A DNA stretch of 64,000 bases from Candidatus Bathyarchaeota archaeon (GTDB taxonomy: Archaea; Thermoproteota; Bathyarchaeia; Bathyarchaeales; Bathycorpusculaceae), in the NCBI GenBank assembly GCA_963833575.1, contig CAWHXY010000006.1, positions 32,001-96,000 on the forward strand, in the 5' to 3' direction. This document shows, one piece after another, positions 57,533-64,000 of this stretch. Within the stretch, counting starts at the first letter, position 1. Each line of letters begins with the position of its first letter. Under the pieces are notes generated by a model. The model searched no databases. It saw only the letters and a list, made by a program, of their open reading frames with translations, and was not told the DNA's origin. A program made the position numbers and the translations under genes.

Positions 57533-59224
57533 TTAACCAGTGAAGTTTAAGATCAGGATTCTTCGCGGGTTGGTGCCAAATGTTGCTTGGTTTGAAATTC
57601 CTGAGAAGTTGCCTGAAGCGTATATTTGCTCGTAGATTTGTTGCAGGTTCAATGTTGTGTTGAAGTAAGTTGCGGTGCCTCCGTTTTCGTAGGTGAAAAC
57701 GAATTTTACGTTGTCTTGTTTGCATAAGTCAATGAATTCAGTTATGTTGAAGGTTGGCGTGTAGGTATCGACTGGCAGTTGGGGGTATTGGTAGGTGTGG
57801 ATTTGCGTTTGGTCGTTTGCTAAGAGGTAGAAGTTTACCATGTCTTGGCTGAAAAAGTTGAAGGGGCAAAGAACCATTATTGACTGGTTCGCGGTGTCGT
57901 GGGTGATTGCATAATTGGTTGCGTCTTGGATGTGAATTTGAATATTAAAGTTTGAAACGATAGTGTAGTTATCATTTATGCTGATAGCCATTGCAATTCC
58001 CAAAAATACTATAAACAGTCCCGCAGCAACTTTAGTGGCTCGCTTCTTGTTTAGGCTTGCGTGCCCCTTCCAAGTGCTTTGAGCCTTACCATAAACAAAT
58101 AAGATTAGGACTGAAGCTGAGATTGCCAACGTTGGAAACAATGTAAGGACATAACGCCATTCTCTATTCCCTATTAGAGTGAAGAAAATTAGAACGCTTG
58201 CAAACCAGACAAAAAGAAACTTATCTTCTTTTTTGCGTCTCCACGCAAACAAGCCCAAACCAATTAGACCAACAATGTAGAGCAGAAGCGAAATAGGATG
58301 AATATTATAGTATGGCCAAGTCATTTCAACTAAATAAAATATTGGAAACGGAAGACGGGTGCTGTAAAGTGATCGTCCAGGATTGCCCATCTGTATAGCG
58401 TAGAACCATTGAGTTAAAAAATGAGAAGCATAAACATCATAAACGATGACAACCCACGGAACAACAACAATTACGGCAGTAACTATCAAAAGCGTAAACC
58501 TAGAAAATAATCGTTTAAGCCGACCCCTCCCTAAAAAGACTAAGCTAACGATCATTACTGCTCCAGCGACAAGAACTTGATACTTTGTAAGAAAACCTAA
58601 GCCCAAGGCTAATCCGCTTAAAACCAGCATCTTGTTCTGATAACTATTAAGCCAACGGTAAAAGAAAAACAATGATAACGTAAAGAAGAAAACAAGCATA
58701 ACTTCAAGCAGTGCCATCCTTGATAACCAAAAATAACCTGGCATAACCGCCAAAAGCACAGCTGAAAGCAACGCTATTTTTCCGCCATACATACTGTAGG
58801 CGAGTTCAAACACTACCCAAAGTGTAAGAACAGAAAAAACCGCGGACACCAACCGTGCAGAAACTAAGCTTACGCCAAAAACATTAAAGAAACCAAAAGT
58901 GACGGAGTCGAAGAGCGGCGGATAAAATGAGTTGTTAACAAAATTTGTGTATAATCCATGTTTTAGAAACAAGGCACCGTTGAGATGTACGATTTCATCC
59001 CAGTTCATGGGCATGTTAGAAAGATTTAGCACAAGCAAAACTAGGTAAGATAAAGCCAAAATCAAAAAGGCTAAGCGCCACTTGTTTAAAGTTGCCTTTA
59101 ACTGCTCTAAATGAGATATCGAATTTGATTCATCAATCATAGTTGCCAGCGCGACAAAGCCAATTGTCCAAACTATGGAGAAGAGCAGATATAAAATCTT
59201 CCCATACAGCTCTTTTTCTTTCAA
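57533..59224 (-). CDS. GT39/ArnT-like (GT-C) glycosyltransferase
   Basis: WDE, YPPL, SARL, TKY, RY..P; many TMs. Confidence 0.82.
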   Translation of the reverse strand: MKEKELYGKILYLLFSIVWTIGFVALATMIDESNSISHLEQLKATLNKWRLAFLILALSYLVLLVLNLSNMPMNWDEIVHLNGALFLKHGLYTNFVNNSFYPPLFDSVTFGFFNVFGVSLVSARLVSAVFSVLTLWVVFELAYSMYGGKIALLSAVLLAVMPGYFWLSRMALLEVMLVFFFTLSLFFFYRWLNSYQNKMLVLSGLALGLGFLTKYQVLVAGAVMIVSLVFLGRGRLKRLFSRFTLLIVTAVIVVVPWVVIVYDVYASHFLTQWFYAIQMGNPGRSLYSTRLPFPIFYLVEMTWPYYNIHPISLLLYIVGLIGLGLFAWRRKKEDKFLFVWFASVLIFFTLIGNREWRYVLTLFPTLAISASVLILFVYGKAQSTWKGHASLNKKRATKVAAGLFIVFLGIAMAISINDNYTIVSNFNIQIHIQDATNYAITHDTANQSIMVLCPFNFFSQDMVNFYLLANDQTQIHTYQYPQLPVDTYTPTFNITEFIDLCKQDNVKFVFTYENGGTATYFNTTLNLQQIYEQIYASGNFSGISNQATFGTNPRRILILNFTG

Positions 59225-59256
59225 GATCTCTCAAGAGATTAAGAAAAAGGGGTTAT

Positions 59257-60069
59257 TTAGTCCATTCCATTTTTTCTTTCTTTTGTTTTTATCTTTTGGG
59301 CTTTTTGCCATAATAAGTCAAAATAGTTTTGTGATAGATCAACTATGCTTCTGTTGTTTGACCATAAGGTTGGGTATGGAAAAGGCGTATCAATCACAGA
59401 AGTACTAAGTAGCATTTCTTTCCGATCCCATACACTAAAACCTACTGTGGGAGACTGCTGAGTTAGTTTTAGGGCAAAATTTGGGTATTTCATTAGCATT
59501 TCAATTGGTTCTCCCAAATGTTCGTTCCCCTCTGGTTTTGGCATGATTATTCTAAAAGCTACTTTTCTGGCAAGTGCCTCTTCCAAAATAAGTGAGTAAT
59601 TTGAGACCCAAGCAATCAATCTCTTTCGTAATGCCAGAAAGCAAATTATTTTCTTGGCATTTATGACCATTTTTTCAGCTTTGACGTAAACAGCTTCTCT
59701 GTTTTTGATAAGCAAGAACTGAAATTCTTCAGAAAGCTCCTCGTTTTCACTGTTTCGTTGGAAGTTTTGAGTTAAAAAGTATGCTTTCTGTTGAAGTTCC
59801 GCGGTTTTCGCTATTCTTATTTGCATTAGATTGGAAACGCACTTTTCTATGGATATTGCATGGAACTGTTCGGGCTTTGATATTGTTTTCTCAACGAGTC
59901 CGGCCTCCTCTAACTGGATCAGCACTCTATAAACATCCGGTCTGGCAACTCCTGAAACTAAAGATATTTCCTGTGCTTTTAGATTGCGAGATTTTACTAG
60001 TGACAGGTAGACTTTTGCCTGTGAAGTAGTCAAACCAAGTTCTGATAATGTGGAAACATTATCGTCCAA
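59257..60069 (-). CDS. TrmB-family transcriptional regulator
   Basis: LGLTTSQAKVYLSL, RPDVYRVL..L...GLVE, WDRKE, YFDLLW; TTG at 60069 (track start 60126). Confidence 0.85.
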   Translation of the reverse strand: MDDNVSTLSELGLTTSQAKVYLSLVKSRNLKAQEISLVSGVARPDVYRVLIQLEEAGLVEKTISKPEQFHAISIEKCVSNLMQIRIAKTAELQQKAYFLTQNFQRNSENEELSEEFQFLLIKNREAVYVKAEKMVINAKKIICFLALRKRLIAWVSNYSLILEEALARKVAFRIIMPKPEGNEHLGEPIEMLMKYPNFALKLTQQSPTVGFSVWDRKEMLLSTSVIDTPFPYPTLWSNNRSIVDLSQNYFDLLWQKAQKIKTKERKNGMD

Positions 60070-60136
60070 ACGTTTCACATTAGTTCCTCGGAATGCGACA
60101 ATTACATATAGGATTTTTTTATTCATAAATTTATTG

Positions 60137-60161
60137 TTGTAAGTGTCTGCTCAACTTACAA
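60137..60161. promoter_or_regulatory. inverted repeat between the TrmB gene and the large surface-protein gene
   Basis: TTGTAAGT-N9-ACTTACAA. Confidence 0.5.
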
Positions 60162-60236
60162 GCTGTTAAATTCAGAATAAATCATACACAGTTAAACGTG
60201 CACAGTAATGTGCATTATTCTTAGGAGAAAAGAAAA

Positions 60237-62972
60237 ATGAAAATATCGCATAATAAAATTGCAGCTATGACGATTGTTATACTCTTCATACTTTCAATGA
60301 CAGCTTCAATGACGCTTGTACCAAATGCTAAGGCACATTCGCCACCATTGAATATTCCAACTTATGCTTACATTAACGCTTCACCAAATCCCGCAGGTCT
60401 CGGCCAAACAGTTACCCTTGGCTTCTTCATCAACGATCCGCCACCCACTGCAGCAGCGCAGTTTGGCGATAGATGGCAAAATTTTAAAGTGACAGTTACG
60501 AAACCTGACGGAACCACTGAAAATCTGGGACCGTTTACATCTGATGATACAGGAGGAACGTCTACTCTGTACACGCCCAGTCAACTTGGCAATTACACCT
60601 TTGTGTTTAGCTTTCCAGGACAAACATTAGCAGGAAATAATCTCGCTCCGGGAACAGCAACTAATCCGTTTGTTGGGGACTATTATGGACCTAGCACGGC
60701 AAAGACAACGCTTACAGTGCAACAGAACGCAGTACCAACTATTCCTGAAAATCCGCTTCCAACAAGTTATTGGACTCGTCCAATAAACTCAGTGAACGAC
60801 TTGTGGTCTACTATTAGTGGGAATTGGCTTGGGCTTGGTGTGTCGACATTTGCCAACACTGGACAGTACAATTCTAGTGGAAACTATAATCCCTATACAC
60901 TAGCTCCAACGACTGCCCACATTCTGTGGACACAACCCGCAGCGCCTGGAGGCCAAATAGGAGGAGAATTCGGTGGAGACTCTCTAACTCATTTCTATGC
61001 ACCCGCACAGTATGAACCCAAATTTGCACCAATAATATTAGATGGTGTCCTCTACTACGAAGTTTATCCCGGATCTTCAAGTGATCCTACGGGATGGGCT
61101 GCCGTAGACTTACACACTGGACAAACACTATGGGTGAAGAACACAACTGTCGGATCAACATTGGGACCAATTTTACGATGCGGTCAAACTCTAAATTACG
61201 TATCACCCAACCAATATGGTGCATTTGCTTACTTGTGGGCTACAGGAAACCCATTTGGAGTCCCAACATTAACTGGCAATATGCTTACTGTTCCTGCGGC
61301 GAAGCAGACCATCTTGAATCCTGGAGCTTACGCTCCGGTCACTACAACTCTCACTGGAACCACATACAGTATGTATGACGCGGTGAGCGGAGGCTACATA
61401 CTTAGCATTGTCAACTGCACTGCAATGACGCTTGTTGAAGATAATTCGGGAGACTTGATCGGGTACTACGTTAACGCTGCCAATCCAAATGCGCCGACGC
61501 TCAACATGTGGAACTCAACCCGAGCAATTCTTTTGAACCAACCAGCCCAATATTATGGTCAAACAAGCGCGAATGCTTGGTTCTGGAGACCTCCAAGCAA
61601 CGGTATCATTCCCTTCGCAGATGGGATACAATGGACCGCACCATTAGCTACCAACATTTCAGGTGTTGCTTTTCCTCAAACCTTTGCCAATAATCTTTAC
61701 CTAAATACAACTCTAGCAATCAGCGGCAACTGTATCGAGAATGGCGTAGTATTGATGACTGACTCAAGCGGCATCGCAGGAGGATTCCAGGCAGGCTTCA
61801 TAATTGAAGCAGGCTACAGCGCGGATACGGGGCAACAGCTATGGATAACTAATCGGACGGAAACACCCTACACAAGGACAACCACTATTCCGGCTACAGC
61901 TGGAGTCTATGCTGAAGTCAACTATAATACGGCTGTAATTACAGGCTACAGTATGACGACAGGCACGCAAGTATGGGGTCCAGTTTCACTTCCAAACCCT
62001 AATCCTTACGACAGCATTGGTGGCTATCAATATGTTTCTGCTAATGGCACATGTTACTTGTGGGGCTTCGGAGGAACCATATACGCTATTAACATGGCAA
62101 CAGGAGCTATCGTATGGGCGACAACTACCGAACAAATAAGCGGTCCCTCTGGCACTGACACTCCTTACGGCGTATGGCCACTATGGACCTTCTCAGTGGG
62201 GACTGTTGCTGACGGAATACTATTCGTTCCTGAAGGTCACCAGTACAGTCCGCCTATGTTCCGTGGATCTAGTTTTCTTGCCCTAAACACAACAAATGGA
62301 ACCCCAGTGTGGAGCATACTTGGATTCAACATTGAAAGCCCTCCAGCTATTTCAGACGGCGTTATGACAACGCTAAACTGCTATGACAACCAAATATACG
62401 CTTATGGCATGGGACCAAGCAAAGTAACTGTTACAGCACCTAGCATTGGGGTAACAACTTCTACACCAATAACGATCAGCGGCACCGTTACCGACATCTC
62501 TGCCGGTTCACAGCAAAATGCAGTAGCAGCAAACTTCCCCAATGGACTACCATGCATTTCTGACGCTAGCATGACACCGTTTATGGAATCAGTTTATGAA
62601 CAGCAAGTAATGCCACACAAAATCACCGGAGTTCCAGTTACAATATCCGTCACAGACTCTAACGGCAACTACAGAGATATCGGCACAACCACGAGCAATG
62701 CCTATGGCACCTACAGTCTAACTTGGACGCCAAATATTTCAGGTGACTACTCAGTTACAGCAACCTTCGCAGGCACTCAATCCTATTATCCATCGTCAGC
62801 AGCAACAGCCTTCTACGCTAGTTCCACACCAGCAACACCTGCTCCAACCACTGCACCAGCATCAAACTTTGCAACAACGACTGACTTCATGATAGGAGTA
62901 GCCGCAATCATAGTTGTGATAGTAATAATAGGCGCTATACTGGCAATGCTGATGCTTAGAAAACGGCCATAA
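60237..62972 (+). CDS. large secreted PQQ-like beta-propeller/Ig-domain surface protein, C-terminal TM
   Basis: signal peptide, D..TG..LW repeats, Ig-like termini, TM + RKRP. Confidence 0.82.
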   Translation: MKISHNKIAAMTIVILFILSMTASMTLVPNAKAHSPPLNIPTYAYINASPNPAGLGQTVTLGFFINDPPPTAAAQFGDRWQNFKVTVTKPDGTTENLGPFTSDDTGGTSTLYTPSQLGNYTFVFSFPGQTLAGNNLAPGTATNPFVGDYYGPSTAKTTLTVQQNAVPTIPENPLPTSYWTRPINSVNDLWSTISGNWLGLGVSTFANTGQYNSSGNYNPYTLAPTTAHILWTQPAAPGGQIGGEFGGDSLTHFYAPAQYEPKFAPIILDGVLYYEVYPGSSSDPTGWAAVDLHTGQTLWVKNTTVGSTLGPILRCGQTLNYVSPNQYGAFAYLWATGNPFGVPTLTGNMLTVPAAKQTILNPGAYAPVTTTLTGTTYSMYDAVSGGYILSIVNCTAMTLVEDNSGDLIGYYVNAANPNAPTLNMWNSTRAILLNQPAQYYGQTSANAWFWRPPSNGIIPFADGIQWTAPLATNISGVAFPQTFANNLYLNTTLAISGNCIENGVVLMTDSSGIAGGFQAGFIIEAGYSADTGQQLWITNRTETPYTRTTTIPATAGVYAEVNYNTAVITGYSMTTGTQVWGPVSLPNPNPYDSIGGYQYVSANGTCYLWGFGGTIYAINMATGAIVWATTTEQISGPSGTDTPYGVWPLWTFSVGTVADGILFVPEGHQYSPPMFRGSSFLALNTTNGTPVWSILGFNIESPPAISDGVMTTLNCYDNQIYAYGMGPSKVTVTAPSIGVTTSTPITISGTVTDISAGSQQNAVAANFPNGLPCISDASMTPFMESVYEQQVMPHKITGVPVTISVTDSNGNYRDIGTTTSNAYGTYSLTWTPNISGDYSVTATFAGTQSYYPSSAATAFYASSTPATPAPTTAPASNFATTTDFMIGVAAIIVVIVIIGAILAMLMLRKRP

Positions 62973-63234
62973 AAACCACAAAACCAAAATTCACTTTCCC
63001 CTTTTTTAGTTACCTAAAAAGCAATTGAGAAAAGATTAGGGCTGAGTAGGTTCTGGTTAAAATTCACGATACCTGCCATAGTTTCGTGATAGAGCATTTT
63101 TATTTGCTCGTTTTTCTCCTATTTTCTGTGCCAGAGCCTCAGCAAACCCTAAAAGAAAATAAACTATTGAAACAGATTTTAGCTTCGCACCTCTCTACGG
63201 TGTTGGACGCTTGCCCCACAACTTGGGTTAAAGG

Positions 63235-63485
63235 CTATTTCATATGCTGAAGTTTGCGTTCCAATCGTCGAATCTCTTTTGTTAACCTAGTAGAACATCA
63301 TAACCATAGGTTCAAAAACTACCGGATTGCAGTTATTTCCAGCCACAGCATTATTTTCGGTATAAATCAATTCATCATCAAACGCTTGCTTGTCCTCATC
63401 ACTCGTCAACGAATCCCTGAAGGATTTCCAGCGATACATTTCAGACTATGGAGTCTATACGATAAGAAGGAACAGTTTTAACCAT
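63235..63485 (-). pseudogene. degraded small archaeal coiled-coil protein gene
   Basis: MVKTVPSYRI / SEMYRWKSFRDSL..EDKQAFD...CNPVVFEPMVM / IRRLERKLQHMK, split by two frameshifts. Confidence 0.5.
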
Positions 63486-64000
63486 TTCATTTTCACTTAG
63501 GAAGCCGCATTTATCAACCTCTATTCTTAATAGTGAAGTTTGGAATGACTCTCCCGTGTAGCAGAGTGCCCCAAGTTAAAGTGAAGCCTTATGTGCACCC
63601 AATAGAAATGTCTTTTGAAATTCTTTGTGCGTGGTAGAATGCTGAAATTTATTCCGTCACGAACGCCCTTACATTAAGCCTTCGCTGGTCGTATTTTCTG
63701 TTCTTGAGCACGTGCGTGCTCGCAGAAGACCTTATGCAGAGCAACCGACGCTTCGTCTATTTTGACAGTATTACTAACCGTCTCCTTTCCCCTATGAACT
63801 CAAAGCTTCGACTCGATTTAAAGCAAATTCCGCGTTCATTAATATGCAAAAAATAGAAATACTATGCTGAGCGTCATAACATCTACTGCTTCACACGAAT
63901 GGCGGAACAAATTTGTCAACATAAGTAACTTATCTTTGAATTCTCCTTTGTGCGATAAAAAACTGAAACAAAAATTAGAAATGCAGACTTTTATTAATTC

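Noticed and set aside
63254-63481. 75-aa plus-strand ORF
   Set aside because: Antisense shadow of the minus-strand pseudogene

Overview
Archaeal chromosomal window, most likely Bathyarchaeia (TACK). This assignment is inferred from gene content and protein style: aRF1, EndA, aEF-2, NreA, TFS, ATP-dependent ligase, and many PEF-CTERM/PQQ-like surface proteins. It holds about 58 CDS, one tRNA-Asp(GUC) and several pseudogene remnants. Housekeeping/metabolic genes include mtnA, hisS, two glnA-family genes, an RsmB/NOP2 + NIP7 pair, two P-type ATPases, nreA, lig, nadA, trxA and a NikR/NiCoT unit. Main oddities: (1) a ~42.8-50.3 kb accessory region is cut into blocks by four co-oriented copies of an undescribed ~40-bp repeat with an inverted-repeat core (G[CT]GG[AG]-spacer-TCCAC), resembling a cassette array, although no recombinase is in the window; (2) three surface-protein genes in that region share a tandem palindromic operator, next to a winged-helix gene; (3) an aRF1 paralog has GGSSQ instead of GGQ and lacks NIKS, and an EF-2 has an altered switch-I; (4) the ORF track missed a LysW-like protein and an acidic Cys-rich peptide, and one unannotated ORF looks like a minimal kinase. 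All calls come from reading the sequence; no database searches were run.
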